A DNA stretch of 64,000 bases, taken from Heptranchias perlo (lineage: Eukaryota). Within the stretch, counting starts at the first letter, position 1, and each line of letters begins with the position of its first letter. Both the position numbers and the translations under genes were made by a program. The notes below the pieces were generated by a model. It made no database searches. It was not told where the DNA came from and worked only from the letters and a program-made list of their open reading frames with translations. Shown piece after piece: positions 49,791-63,170 of the stretch. The stretch covers positions 31,434,001 through 31,498,000 of the forward strand of contig NC_090343.1 in the NCBI RefSeq assembly GCF_035084215.1. Reading direction: 5' to 3'.

Positions 49791-51179
49791 GTGAGGACTG
49801 TACCCAAAATATGGACTGGATTTGATCCAGGCACAATAGTTAGAAGAAGAATTAAAACTATCTTGTATGCATCTGTGCAATTCTTCAACATTCAAAGTAC
49901 TTGCAATAAATTTGTATTAATGTCGTTAGTACCAGTTTCCATAGAAACTAGTGTAAACACATCTGTGTAAAACAAAGTACAAGACATTAAAATAGTGAGT
50001 CGTGGTGAATTATTGAAGTTATTTCACAGGTATGAAAAGCTGCATACAAATTAAATACACACTGCAATTTGCCTCTGCGTATAGGATAGTCCTGTTATTC
50101 AGTCTCTGGGGCCTTGTTTAGGGTTTCCCAGTCTAAAGGTCCACTTATGGTGGGCAACTACATTAACTGTGCTTACTTTATTGTTATTTCACACTTGGGA
50201 ATTTGTATCACTTCTCCATGGTGCGAAGACAACTACTATATATGAAAATCACAAGTGAGAGATAATGTGTAAATTCGTAAGTGCACAAGCTGCTGCTTAG
50301 GGAACTTTTTCCCCCTCTCGATCCTCAATCCCAGACCAATATGTCACTTCTAAGAGTAAGTAATCCTTTGAGATATCAGTGACTTGATTCTATTGTTTCA
50401 TTGTGAATAAACTTTGCACCATATATCTTTGCGCAAGTTAGATTTAATGACATTGTGGTACTTTTAATTTTTGCTTATACCACAATAGCATTCTGCTGTC
50501 AGGTAGATGGAAGGGAACCGAGCATTCAAGTATTGTTTTTCTACTAGCATGGAAAGTTCCCTTGTATGCATCCTGAAAAAGTAAATAAGATATGATAAGG
50601 GACACATGATAAGGGTGCTGCCTAAAACCATGATTTTGGTGGAGCAGCAAAGCCATTTCATCACATGGCAAAAGAGGACACTGGCTCAAATACTATTAGG
50701 TGGGTACCACAGATTAATTACAATATAACACCACACAAGATATTCACAGTAGTGTAGGATTATTGCATTGTGTTAAGGAGTAGGTGGGACATTATAAAGG
50801 GGACACTGGCAGTGCCACCAATTCAACATGAATGCGTGGTAAGAGCTAGCCCATCAATCTTTTTATTTAACTAGTGATGACTAATGAGTCCTTGCTCCAT
50901 GGCACCAATACTGTCAATATAAAGATGATGTAATAGCCATTTATATAATGTGGAACAGATTTTATAAATCATGCAGATCCAGACACCAAGTGGTTGGAGC
51001 AGGCTCAAGCACAGCCTTTGTGCTGACTTGATCCACATTTATAGTTTTTTGTCTGGAGCTACAATCGGAGATTAAATAGCCCTGCTAAAAGCTTTATGAA
51101 AAAATGTGCTAGAAACGTTAAACTGGGCCAAAACTATTAATGCAGTAGCATAAAACCACATATCACACTACTGAATAAA

Positions 51180-51580
51180 AATAACACCTTCTCAGGATAC
51201 TCTAAAGCTCTTCACAGCTAATTAATTACTTTTGAAGTATAGTCACTGATGTTATTTTGGCAAATGCTGTCAATTTGCATATAGCAAGATCCCAGAAATA
51301 GTAAATGAGATATATAACTAGTTGATTTGTTGTTGGTTGAGGCAGGAATTGTGTTCTTCACATAGCCCCATGTGATTTTTTACATCCACCCGAACAGGCA
51401 GGCATGTCGTTGGTTTAACATCTTGTTTAAAGGATGGTACGCCTCTGACAGTTCAGTACATCCTCAAGTACTGCACTGAAGTGTCAGTTCAGACAATGTA
51501 CTCAAGTCCTGGATGTGGGTCTATGAACATACAACCTCCTGACTCAGAGGTGAGATTGCTACTAAATGAGCCAAGCTGAC
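51180..51580 (-). mobile_element. Diverged SacSINE1/DeuSINE-like copy
   Basis: Reverse complement of 40283-40730: head TCAGCTTGGCTCATTTAGTAGC...CCTCTGAGTCAGGAGGTTG, Deu core and tail. Confidence 0.75.
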
Positions 51581-53242
51581 ACGATAAATTAGCTTTTCAT
51601 TAATGCTCTATCAGCCTGAATTTCATTTGTGCTATTACTGCCAACATAAACAAAATTTAGCCTGTAGAAAACACAAAACAAGCCATGGAGCAGGAATTCA
51701 CTTGGGCTAACTGTTAATATAAATCTGGGCCCCACGGCTGAATTCAGTGGAATGCACTTTCTCTCAGCAACATGCTCTGGAAAATCAAATTGACATTTTC
51801 TTGAGATTACTTTGTAAATGTGCACAAATCTAACTCTACTTCATGAATTTTATGAGTAGTTTTAGAGTTCACTGAATTCAATGCTAGTAAAAAATTAGTA
51901 AGATGCTTGTTCAGTCTTTTGTGTTTATCTGTTTCAGGACTGTAGAAGTGGCACTGAAATATGTCAGAAACCAAGAGAAAGGTCTCTGGAATATTACTGA
52001 ACCATGATAACAACCCTCCCTTTGGACTGTTATCTGGGGATTCAGTGACCTCTGTACTTCAAAATCAAGAACTTCTGATAACTGTTACACGTATATCTGC
52101 ACAAGTAAACAGTGGGTCTAACTAACTGCATGGAACAGAATTTTCTTTGACAAATGATAAACCAGATCGTCTGGTTCAATCTGAAAATATTTCAAAAACT
52201 CAACTTTGTATCAGACAAACACTTCACATGATGAGCCATTACTAATATTCCCTGTGCTCCTGAGTGAAGCAGAATTAAAACGTTTCCCGAATGAGGGCTG
52301 AAGATCTCTTGATGTTTGAAGCTACACACATTGCAGTATAACAATATGGAAAACCTTCTCCAGTATATTACTGAGATTCGGAAAATGCTGCTGAACAGCA
52401 GACGGGTTCGCATCTTTGATTGTCCAAATGGTGAGTTCCCAACTTCAGCTGGCCGTTTGGCGGTGAGAAGTAGTAACAAGACATTCTCCTCAAAAGGAAG
52501 GAAGGAGAAAAGCAGAGGGCAATTGAACACTGGCTCCTCTCATATACCCTATAGCATCGGATCACAGAGCTAAATCGAAAAGAGGAATGCTGTCTGTAAT
52601 CACAAAATATATTTTACTTTCTGAGGTGGCCCTAACTATAATTTATTCACTGCTTCGGGATTTATGAAATGTCCAGTCAGCTTTACTCATGGAAATAAAA
52701 AACACATATTCAACAGACTCTGTTTCTAGGTTATGCAACAAGTGATGATCATCTTAATTTTGTTGCTATGGAACCAAGTATTACTATCTAGTACACAACA
52801 TTACTATTGGAGTGTGCAGACAATCAGTAATCCGGGAAACATAATGACAAGAATGACCATTCATGACCATACTGATCCCACTGCCTCTTTGTTATTGAGG
52901 AACTCATTATATCTCCCTACCTCTGTCTTAACTGGAATTTTTTTTTACAAACTGGGTTGGATATTAGAATTTGAAAAAAATGGAAAAACAGCTTCATAAC
53001 ATAACTTTATATAATGAAAATATATAAAGCCATAGAAATAGAGTGATTCAGAGCCTGTCATGGGACTGTGTTGTATACTGTGTCACATCTAAGTCGGTAT
53101 ATACTGACATTAACATGTCGATTTATAACTTCATCCATCTGGCGAAACCAGGCGTGGGGTGGGCAGTTAAAATAGTGTGTAGGATTTACCCACTCCTTTC
53201 CTGCCCTAAGCTGGCCGGCTGCAATTTTAAATTGCAGGTACC

Positions 53243-53518
53243 AAGAACACCCATTCGGCCCAACAGGTCCATGTTTATGCTCCACATGAGCCTCCTCCCA
53301 CCCCTCTTCATCTAACCCTATCAGCATAGCCTACTATTCCTTTTTCCATCATGTATTTATCTAGCTTCCCCTTAAATGCATCTATGCTAGTCACCTCAAC
53401 CACTCCTTGTGGTAGTGAGTTCCACATTCTAACCACTCTCTGGGTAAAGACGTTTCTCCTGAATTCCCTATTGTATTTATTAGTGACTATCTTATATTTA
53501 TGGCCCCTAGTTTTGGTC
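53243..53518 (-). mobile_element. CR1 3' end
   Basis: Colinear with 34970-35250 and with the reverse complement of 45966-46200. Confidence 0.85.
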
Positions 53519-53916
53519 AGATCTATGAAGAAAAAAACCTAGCAGAAGTGAAACTAAAACAATATTATGTATAAATAACAATGATTCTCACTTAGTTTAC
53601 AGAATCAGTTGCAAAACAATAAAACATATTGTGCCCGATTTATCCTGTCTGTAACCTCCTGTGTGTGTAGTATCCAAGTATTTCTGGACAGGAATTAAGG
53701 CCAGAGACCAATAACACTGATTCACCACCCCTATTACACACGACGAGTATTTCCTGAAGTCACATAGTTAGGAGTGATAGGCTCTCACCTGAAACAGCAG
53801 GACTATTTAAATGGCATTTAAATGATGTGGAACTGAAATCATGACTCCTTCAACATCATTTTCCAGGGTGAAGGTTTGGCCGATACTTGCTTTGTAAGAC
53901 GTCCTTGAAAACATGC

Positions 53917-54058
53917 GGCAGGAATTTTCTCGGAGTTCTCCCAATTACCCACTGCAACTTTGGCAGAAGATTGGTAGAAATCCCGTTTATGCATCTATTC
54001 TGGGTTTTCACCTAAGTTACTGTGGCTGATCGAGAGAACCCCTCAGGAAATGTTTGGC
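53917..54058. mobile_element. Palindromic MITE related to 28958-29130
   Basis: GGAATTTTCTCGGAGTTCTCCC ... GAGAGAACCCCTCAGGAAAT complementary arms. Confidence 0.5.
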
Positions 54059-54156
54059 ATTGCTAGGCTGCAACTTCAGGTCGGAGGAACTTTAAATGGC
54101 CAGGCAGCAACTTACACCTTGATGAGTTTTCTTCATTCAGGTCAGCAATTGGTGCA

Positions 54157-55388
54157 GTATAGTTGCACTGTGTGGGGTGGAGGTGATATTGCTGCAATAT
54201 CATAGAAGCATAGAATGATACAGCACTGAAGGAGGCCATTCAGCCCATCATGCCTGTGCTGGCTCTTTGAAAGAGCTATCCAATTAGTCCCACTCCCCTG
54301 TTCTTTCCCCATAGCCCTGTATTTTATTTCCTTCAAGCATATATCCAATTCTCTATTAAATTTGCTTCCACTACCCTTCAGGCAGTGCATTCCAGATCAC
54401 AACAACTTGCTACGTAAAAGAAAAATTCCTCATGTCACGTCTGGTTCTTTTGCCAATCACCTTAAATCTGTGTCCTCTGGTTACCTACCCTGCCACTGGA
54501 AAAAGTTTATCCTTATTTACTCTATCAAAGCCGTTCATGATTTTGAACACCTCTATCAAGTCTCCTCTTAACCCTCTTTGCTCTAAGGAGAACAACCCCA
54601 GCTTCTCCAGGCTCTCCACATAACTGAAGTCCCTCATACCATTCTAGTAAATCTCTCCTGCACTCTCTCTAAGGCCTTGACATCCTTCCTAAAGTGTAGT
54701 GCCCAGAATTGGACACAATACTCCAACTGAGGTCTAATCAGTGTTTAATAGAGGTTTAGCATAACTTCCTTACTTTTGTACTCTACGCCTCTATTTATAA
54801 AGCCAAGGATCCCGTATGCCTTTTTAAACAGCCTTCTCAACTTGTCCTGCGACCTTCAAAAACTTGTATACGTACACCCCTAGGTCTCTCTGTTCCTGCA
54901 CCCCCTTTTAAATTGTACCATTTAGTTTATATTGTCTATCCTCATTCTTCCTACTAAAATGTATCAATTCAAAACTCTCTGCGTTAAATTTCATCTACCA
55001 CGTGTCTGCCCATTTCACCAGTTTGTCTATGTCCTCCTGAAGTCTGTTACTATCCTTCTTATTATTTACTACATTTCTGAGTTTCATGTCATCTGGAAAC
55101 TTTGAAATTATGCCCTGTATACCTAAGTCCAGGCCATTAATATGTCAAAAAGAGCAGTGATCCTAACCAACCCATGGGGAACACCACTGTATACTTCCCT
55201 CCAATCTGAAAAACAACTGTTCACCACTACTCTCTGCTTTCTGTCCCGTGGCCAATTTTGTATCCACACTGTCACTGTCCCGTTAATCCCATGGGCTTTA
55301 ATTTTGCTTACAAGTTTGCACTGTGTGGGGGGAGGGGATATTGCTGAAGTATGTTTGCACTGTGTGGGGAAAGGGGATGTTCCTGAAC
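54157..55388 (+). repeat. ~39-bp minisatellite (3 units) split by a CR1 insertion
   Basis: Units TTGCACTGTGTGGGG..AGG.GAT.TT.CTG at 54163, 55316 and 55355. Confidence 0.7.
54199..55314 (-). mobile_element. CR1 LINE, 5'-truncated (subfamily of 15705-18030)
   Basis: Tail CATAGAAGCATAGAAT. Colinear with 16641-17550. Confidence 0.9.
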
Positions 55389-57220
55389 TCAGATGAGCAC
55401 CTCTTACTGTACAAGTGTTAATGTTCCATTTCTTACATCAGTTATCTTAATGGCCTCGTTGAATGCAATTGTCAATTTATTGACAATTAATGCTAAATTC
55501 TGGGCAATTTTGTACTGTTGACTATGTCCACTCAGAACTGAGTCGTGATTGCCCAAAATCATTTCACATCGGAACCTTTTGGAAGAAGGGAAAGGAGAAA
55601 GTGGTAACGCATTATGCAACCTACAACCACTTCCTGCTCAATGCTTAGCATTCTTACACCTTCCCCATCCCACTTCTATGTTATATATTGTATACATAAG
55701 GGCTGTAGTGTCACAAGAGTTGCTCCTTATAACCAGAAATATTTTAACCACAGTTGACATTATCAATAAAATGTGACACCCTATAAATTGCATCCAGTTC
55801 CAATGAAGCTCACGTGCAGGAGAACACTGGGACATGTCAGGAGGAGAATCACACAGGCAGGCAATACAACAGTGGTTCATGTACAAATTTGTAATTTGTT
55901 TAATGGAAACAGAAAATGGTGGAATTTGGCATTTAAAAGGAGAAAAATAGTTAAGGTTTCACAATTTTTTTCTGTTTACAATAATGATGATTAATAAAGA
56001 AATTTCATGGCACGTAATTTGCTTTCCTTCCTCAGCCTTGCTTGTTTGCAGGAAAGGTTTATTACACCCATCAGTTCTCTAGAGCAGTTTTATCTACCAA
56101 AATGACAATTATATATATTATATAGAGGGATACTGTGTGACATCATCCACTGGAATAATTCAAGGATTACACTTCCCTAATCAACTTAAAAGCCGATATC
56201 GCAGAGATACAACTAATAACACTGACTAGCCTTCAACTGCTGTGGAAAGGAATATGAATTCAAAAATTATTGTGAACCGTTTAGTTTTCAGTTGTCTACA
56301 TATGTGAAACTTCAGATTAAAGTGAGTGCTGTTCTTGTGGGGGATGGAGTAAGGCTCTCCTTCATGGTGACACTCCCTTGTAGAGATATTTATTGGAGCC
56401 TACCCACTAACCTTATGGATTTTATGTGTCTGCTGGCTTTATATGTTTTGTTTGTCCATTCCTTGGCTTGTACTTTGGACTATACTACTCTTTGGTTAGT
56501 ACACAAAGAGCCTAATAAAAGTTTTCAATTGTAAAAACAGAACAGTGCATAGACACGCATGCACATAAAATAATTGCAATGCTGTGGTGTGCCATTATAA
56601 AATGTAATATTTTCAGCTCTTATTTGGACTGACACTTTATAATTCAACGGCTAAGATTAAAACTAAAGCACACAAGCGTACTAAACTGTTAGGCACATGC
56701 TCAAGCTCCACCCACTTTCCTTATGTGGTCTAGTAGCTGAGCTGTGCGTAGGAGTTGGCTGTGTTGCTGCACATCCTGAAAAACAAGTTAATTTACTGAA
56801 TAAAGTCTGAAGAAAATAGCGTCACTGCTGAATGGCAAGATGGCAACAATGGCTTTAACCGAAAAAAAAAATCACTTTTTCTGGTTACATTTTTCCAATG
56901 TCCCTCACGTAGTACTAATGGCTGGATATCGAAGCCTCCTTTCTACCAACCTCCCCTCACCCAACCTCTGCACAACTTGCCCCTCATACATCCTTGGAAA
57001 AGGCCATCTGGAGTCTCAAAGCACCACAGTGGTGCTAATACTGACAGCTTGGATAGAGGTCTACATCTCTCATTAAATCCCCTTGGATTTGCTGGCCTTC
57101 TCTCCACTCCTAGCACAATAATGAACCCTCTAGAGACAATAGCCATAAACAGATTCAGGGTGTCGCAGAGAAAACCTTCACTAAAATGATTCAGCTATTC
57201 CATAAGGATTGACTTATTAA

Positions 57221-57880
57221 GGTGGATTTTCCCTCTTCAGTGCAATGAAGTGCAAAAAGGAGTGCAGAGCCGTTATGTCAGGTTTCCGCTCCCCCTCCCA
57301 CCCCATCCCCCGCCATACCCTGCGCTGCCGCAGGATTTCCAGAAGATTCCCCAACATTTGTATGTGGGCCTGTATGAAGTGCTGTCCTGCACTTCCATTA
57401 GAACAAGGCAGAAAGGAGTACTCCCAACACACCTACCTCAGTTTCCTCTGGATGCAATTGTTGGGCACCCCAGCGATGGAGCACCTGAAGCTTGGCATTG
57501 GAACTGCTCCCCGGACCTCCGAGGACCGGAGGGTCTGTGACGCTCTTGGGAACAGACCAAAGACTTACCAAGCAAGTTTTCAACTTTTCCTAAAAAAAAT
57601 CCTCAGGATGATCTACACGGTCTAAAGCTCATCTATCTATTGCTCTCCAGCAGCAGCCAGAAGGCCTTGATGTTGACAGCCCGCAGAGCAGCTGCAGCTG
57701 TTCTCCCATTTCGTCCCTCCTGTTCAGGTGCATGACCCAGTTGGGGGGAGGGGTACACCAAGGCTGTGCAAATTATCTGATGCAGGAAAAATGCATGCAC
57801 CTGCTTCTCACAGGCACAGCACACCTGAGGTGAATTGCAACTGTTCGGTGCTCAGTGAGCTCCACTGGAGGAAAATCAAC
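57221..57880. mobile_element. Non-autonomous DNA transposon
   Basis: TIR GGTGGATTTTCCCTCTTCAGTG / CACTGGAGGAAAATCAAC. GC-rich interior. Confidence 0.6.
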
Positions 57881-58398
57881 TCTGTAATCTTTCTGTAGTT
57901 GTTCAGTGTCATATAGTATAATTCATTCCAGCATTTTCAAATTCATCACTGCCTCCAATACTCACCTGTACCCCTCAAACTTCAATGCTAGTTGCTGCCT
58001 TGGAACTACGTGACCACAGCAAGACAGTCAGCTTTGGTGCCCTCCTACATGCTATATTATTATGTAAAATTATACAACTGACTCACTAGCTGTAGGTGTT
58101 TCCCTGCAAGGACTGAATGACCACCTCACCAACTCTCAAAGTTAAAAAAAAACCCTTAAATAAATTATACATCCGTATTTGATGCTGACATCAATATATT
58201 GGGACCACTGTCTATGTGTCGGTGTTTGTGGATGAAAGTCGTCACAGACCAGGCTCCTACTCTTCAGACGTCTACTGCTACCGCTGTTTTAAGTGATTCA
58301 ACTCCACAGGACACTCTGGGTGGGTATTCTTGTCAGATCAGTGGCATTCAATCACTTATAGCAACAACGTGAGGTAGAAATCCCAGAACAATGCTGAA

Positions 58399-58902
58399 TT
58401 CCCTCCCAGTCGGGGAACACTTTAGCAGTCAAGGACATTCAGCCACCGATCTTCGGGTAAGCGTTCTCCAAGGCAGCCTTCGAGACACACGACAACGCAA
58501 AATCGTCGAGCAGAAATTGATAGCCAAGTTCCGCACCCATGAGGACGGCCTCAACCGGGATCTTGGGTTCATGTCACGCTACACGTAAGCAGGGAAAAAA
58601 AAAGTTATCTGTTTTTAATACAACTGGACATTCTCTCTCTCTCTCTGCCTTTCGGGTCTCTTTCTCTCTCTGGCTTTGTAACCTGACCCATTGTGTATTC
58701 AGAACTGTTTTCTGTGGCTAACCTGTCTGAACACCAACGACACCTTTGATTGGTGTGAGCGTGTCCCAGCCTAATATAAGATATGCGATTTGAGAACCTT
58801 TCACTTGCTCACTCACCTGACGAAGGAGATAATCTCCGAAAGCTTGTGATTTTAAAATAAAATTGTTGGACGATAACCTGGTGTTGTAAGATTCCTTACA
58901 TT
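58399..58902 (+). mobile_element. 5'-truncated Penelope-like element: GIY-YIG C-terminus plus terminal repeat
   Basis: SLPVGEHFS..GHS..DLRVSVLQG...RKIVEQKLIAKFRTHEDGLNRD* (58391-58588). 9-bp TSD AATGCTGAA (58390-58398 and 58903-58911). Confidence 0.9.
58813..58849 (+). ncRNA. Minimal type I hammerhead ribozyme motif (Penelope-associated)
   Basis: TCAC-CTGACGA-A-GGAG-ATAAT-CTCC-GAAA-GCTT-GTGA: stem I TCAC/GTGA, stem II GGAG/CTCC, CUGANGA and GAAA boxes. Confidence 0.75.
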
Positions 58903-59788
58903 AATGCTGAAGAGGGAGGAGAAGGGAACAGATTTCAATATTAACTAAGTGAGATGGGAAAGGAGAGTATCAACATGAACAGGAGGAGAAAAGTGCCAAC
59001 ATTAACTGGAGGAGGGGGGTGGGTGGAAGGAGAGTGTCAACATGAACTAATGGCATTGGAAGGAATGTACAATTCTAAATTTGTTGCCCATGGTCTTAAC
59101 AAGAATGATCCTATAGTAAATGGGACTTGGTTTGAATGTCTTACTTGCTATTTTTAAAAGTAAATATTATTTTTTTTAAATATTAATTTTTTTCTCCTAT
59201 CAATAGGTTATCTGGTGAAGTTTCAAAATATAAATTTAAATGAATTACTTTGAAAATGACAAATAGAAACTAGTTTTCAATAAAATTGAGCAATAGTCCT
59301 TTCATTTTTAAATTAGAAGAATTTCAATGACCATGTTTATTGTAAATTACATAATACTGGAAAATGAACCAAATAAAGCATCTAAATCATTTTTTTTTCT
59401 GAGGTGGAGGGGAGGAATTTCCAAAGTCTCCTCTAAAAAAATAAATACTGGGCATGATTTTAAAAGTAAAGTACTTGAAATGTGCATGAATGTAATTAAT
59501 TATGCTGGAAGTGATTTCAACGCTGCCTCAACATGTTTCCCGTGATGTGTGAAACACGACATGGAAACTCAGCGGGTTGTAGCCGGCAGCCATTTGGACA
59601 TTTAAACCCCTGTTTGACAGATGGGGATAAAAGGTGAGTTATTGCAGCAGGGCACTCAGTTCTCTCAGACAAACCTTTGGCTGGGAGATCTTTGTGTTTA
59701 GACTTGAAATTTTTGGTTTACACTCAGAATTGTTCTGTTTACACATATTTACCTATCTTTTGGACCCCCTCAAACTGATGATATCAGG

Positions 59789-61022
59789 ATGGGGGGCACA
59801 ATAGCTGCATTCATCAGTACATCCGAGGAGGAGGAACATCACCATCTTCGCTAGGCAGGGCGTGCAGTTCCGCCACTTGCAGCTCCACCACACGGAGGTG
59901 CGCCACGGGCACCTGCACAAGAGCAGAGAGGGGAATAACAGAGGGACCAACATCGCAGGAGCCACTACCCTCTTGAGAGGGTTTACAGACTGAGGCTGAG
60001 CTTCCTGGACCTCTCTGAGGAGCAGTGCCTACGGAGGCTGAGAATGAGTTACTAGGTGGCCTCCTTCATGCCGAGCTGCTCCCGGCTGGGCCTGGCGGCA
60101 TCACATTGCCGGTCGCAGTTAAAGTGACCCCTGCCCTCAACTTCTTCACCTCCGGATCATTCCAGGGTGCCACCGGTAACATCGCCGGGGTCTCTCAATC
60201 GTCTGCCCACAAGTGGATAAGACAGGTCACCGATGATTTGTTTTGCAGGGCATCCCACTACATCAACTTCCCCACGGACGACCTCAGCCAGACGGAGAGG
60301 GCAGTGGGTTTCCACTTTGTGGCTGGCTTCTCACTGGTACAAGGTGCAATCGATTGCACCCATATAGAAATCCGAGCACCTCCACACGAGCCAGGACTGT
60401 TCATCAACCGAAAGGGGTATCACTCCATCAACGCCCAGCTCATTTGCGACCACCGGAAAAGATTTCTTCATGTGTGTGCCAGATTCCCTGGCAGCTGCCA
60501 TGACTCATGCATTCTGAGGGAATCCAACATCCCACCCTCTTCCACGCACCAAACAGCCATAAGGGCTGGTTCCTCGGAGGCAAGGGATACCCCCTGCACA
60601 CGTGGCTGATGACACCTCTGAGGAACCCCATCAGCGAGGAACAGCGTCGATACAATGACAGTCACATTGCCACCAGGGCTGTCATTAAACATGCACTAGG
60701 ACTGCTGAAGATGTGATTTTGGTGCTTGGATCGGTCTGGGAGAGCGCTTCAATACGCACCGACGAGAGTGGGTAGAATTATAGTAGTGTGTTTTGTCCTG
60801 CACAACATGGCGCAACAGAGAGGGGTACCGGCTGATGAGGCCCCATGCCCTCATCCAGCATCCACATCTGCCATCAACTTTGAGGAGGAGGAGGACAAGG
60901 AAAAGGACAAGGAAGAGGAGGAGGAGGAGGAAGAGGAGGGGGAAGAACCCATCGGCAGAGTAGCAGCTCATCTGGCTGCTTGTAAGGCCAGGGAATCACT
61001 AATATTTGAACGTTTCTCATAA
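59789..61022 (+). pseudogene. Harbinger (HARBI1-like) DDE transposase, with stops and frameshifts
   Basis: [39 protein letters not shown] (normally GD), YNDSH..TR.VIKH (normally IE), VLHN and an acidic tail. Confidence 0.93.
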
Positions 61023-61341
61023 GGACATATGGAAAATGAGGATAGTCCAGTCCTCAGACCACTTGGAAAGAGCAGCGCCAACACCAGCGCCCCCCCACCC
61101 CCGCACAAAACACTCCTACAATTACACATCCACCTACTGTGAACGCACCCACTGGGTGGCAACAAGTCTCACCGTTCATGATGAAGCACATGAAAGGGCC
61201 CTATCACAAAAGGCAGTCAAGAATGGGCAAGATGAGGCAGTAGTGGTGAGAATGATAACATTTAATGTGAATTTGACAAAAAACAAATATAAATGAAAAA
61301 CATGACAGTCTGTCAGACACCCTTGTGCAGACCCTTCGTGA

Positions 61342-63170
61342 TCACAAAACCTTCGCCTTTCTCTTCCTACTACTTCTATGTGGTGCATCCCCTGTGGCTG
61401 CAGCAGAGGTAGTGGTAGGTTGCTCATGTTCATGCCCTGACTGCCTAGAGGTTTTGGAGCCTGCGATGGCCCCGCCAAAGACTGCTCCTCCTGCACCTGT
61501 GCAGGGGCAGACTCGGCCACCTGGATAGGAGGCAGCATTGCGGGTACTGGTTGAGAGGGGGACAATGGGTGGGACGTGGGAGCGCTTTGAGTGGCATCCC
61601 CACTTCCATGTCCCCTTTTGCCATCATCACTCTCCTGGGCCAGGCCCACATCATTCCTACCACCTTGCTGGACGACAGTTTGGAGGGCATGTGTGATGCC
61701 GTGGAAGCCTTGTTGTAAAGTTTCTGTCTGCCTCTTTAAGGCGGCAGAATGTTGTTCACTGTGAGTCCGAATGGCCTGAATGGACTCATCCGAGAGCTGT
61801 GCTTGAAGCTCAATGGAGGTTAGTCTACTCTCCATCACAGACATTCCCACACTTACCTGCATCACTATCTCAGACATTCCCTCCCGTACCTGTGCCACCA
61901 TTCCACTCATGCAGGAGTTGGACTCCTCCATCCTCTCTGCTATTGTGGAGAGTATGCGTGGCACCTGTTCCAGTACTTCGCAAATGTGCTGCTATCCCTC
62001 GATCATTCTCCTTTTAAAGGATGACCCCTGGGGTTCAGCATCTGCGTCCAGCTGAGCAGAGCCTGGAGAGGAGTGCGCCCACCGATGCGGACTCTCCACA
62101 GCTGCCCCTGCCACCAGTGTCTGCTCATGCTCACTTGTGTGTGGTGACTCACCAGGTGCCAACCCAACTAACTGACTAATAGGACTCACCGAGATGTGAG
62201 TATCTGCGCTGGTGGATGGCTCGCTAAGATATGACAGTGAGCCCTCAGAGGCCGGGAGATCCTCTGAGGAATCACCCTCTCTCATCATTGCGGTCGTTGA
62301 AGGGACTGGAAGAGAACAGAAGGCAATATTAAGCATCATCACAGATGTGTAATTTTGCGATGAGCATACTGAGGTGTTCAACATGCCAATCATTGTTAAC
62401 ATCAATTCATGTTGTGTGTGATGAATGTTAAAGTTGTGTCACCAGACGTTTGTGGGGTGTCAGTCTCGGTGTCCCCAAAGGACAGGCACTCGAGCGTGCG
62501 GCTGATCTGCAGGGCCTCCTCCTCCACCTTTGTGAGGACAACTATTTGTTGTGGCCCCCCTCCAGTCCTCGCACTCTCGCGTGCATTTTGCGCTTTCTTC
62601 TCCTACAAAGGGAGAAAGTACAGCTGCATGAGTGAGTGAGGGTGAAATGGTCAGGCAATGAATGCATTGCTTTGGGAGAGGCTGGTCATGAAAGAGGTGC
62701 ATCAGAGGGTGAGTATGAGACAGAGACATCACATTGGATCAGGATTAGGGTGAGTGGTAGTGGTGGGTTCACAAATGGGGAGAAGAGGAAGTGCTCAGGA
62801 AGTGAAGGTAAATTGAGGATAAACCTTAAATGGGTGTGAGGAGTGATGTGATGGAGTAGTCTCGGCAGTGCAGAATGATGTGAGGGGGGGTGGGTGTGAT
62901 GTGCGGCACGGAATGCAGGAGAGTCAGTAAGTGTACTCACTTTTGCTGAACCAGGTAGGTCATTGAAGCGCTTCCTGCACTGGACCCAAGTGTGGGATAT
63001 GTTGCTCCTGCTGGTGACCTCCTCTGCCAGGCCTTCTTGGTGGCAGAGACAGGGCGCTTCCTCCTGTCGGCCAGGTAAAAGTGTTCCCTCCTCCTCCTCA
63101 CCCTGGCCAGCAGCACCTCAAGTGAGGCATCGCTGAATCGTGAAGCTGGCTTGCCCCTCTGCTGCTCCAT
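61342..63170 (-). pseudogene. Harbinger Myb/SANT-like partner gene, three exons (63170-62941, 62602-62443, 62305-61342)
   Basis: Exon 1 MEQQRGKPASRFSDASLEVLL...KKAW...WVQCRKRFNDL with a GTGAGT donor. Exon 2 EKKAQNARESARTGGGP. Exon 3 has a coiled-coil-like region and ends RSSRKRKAKVL*. In-frame stop at 61992-61994 and frameshifts. Confidence 0.85.

Noticed and set aside
58912-59050. Short degenerate repeats (GGAGAGT.TCAACATGAAC) resembling a spacer array
   Set aside because: These are irregular purine-rich low-complexity repeats in a vertebrate context, with no CRISPR features.
60696-60971. Leu/Phe-rich membrane-like ORF
   Set aside because: It is the antisense reading of the GAG-rich acidic tail of the transposase.
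59789-61022. Host gene HARBI1
   Set aside because: It lies between TIRs beside a Myb gene and has stops, frameshifts and mutated catalytic residues, so it is a transposon copy and not the domesticated gene.
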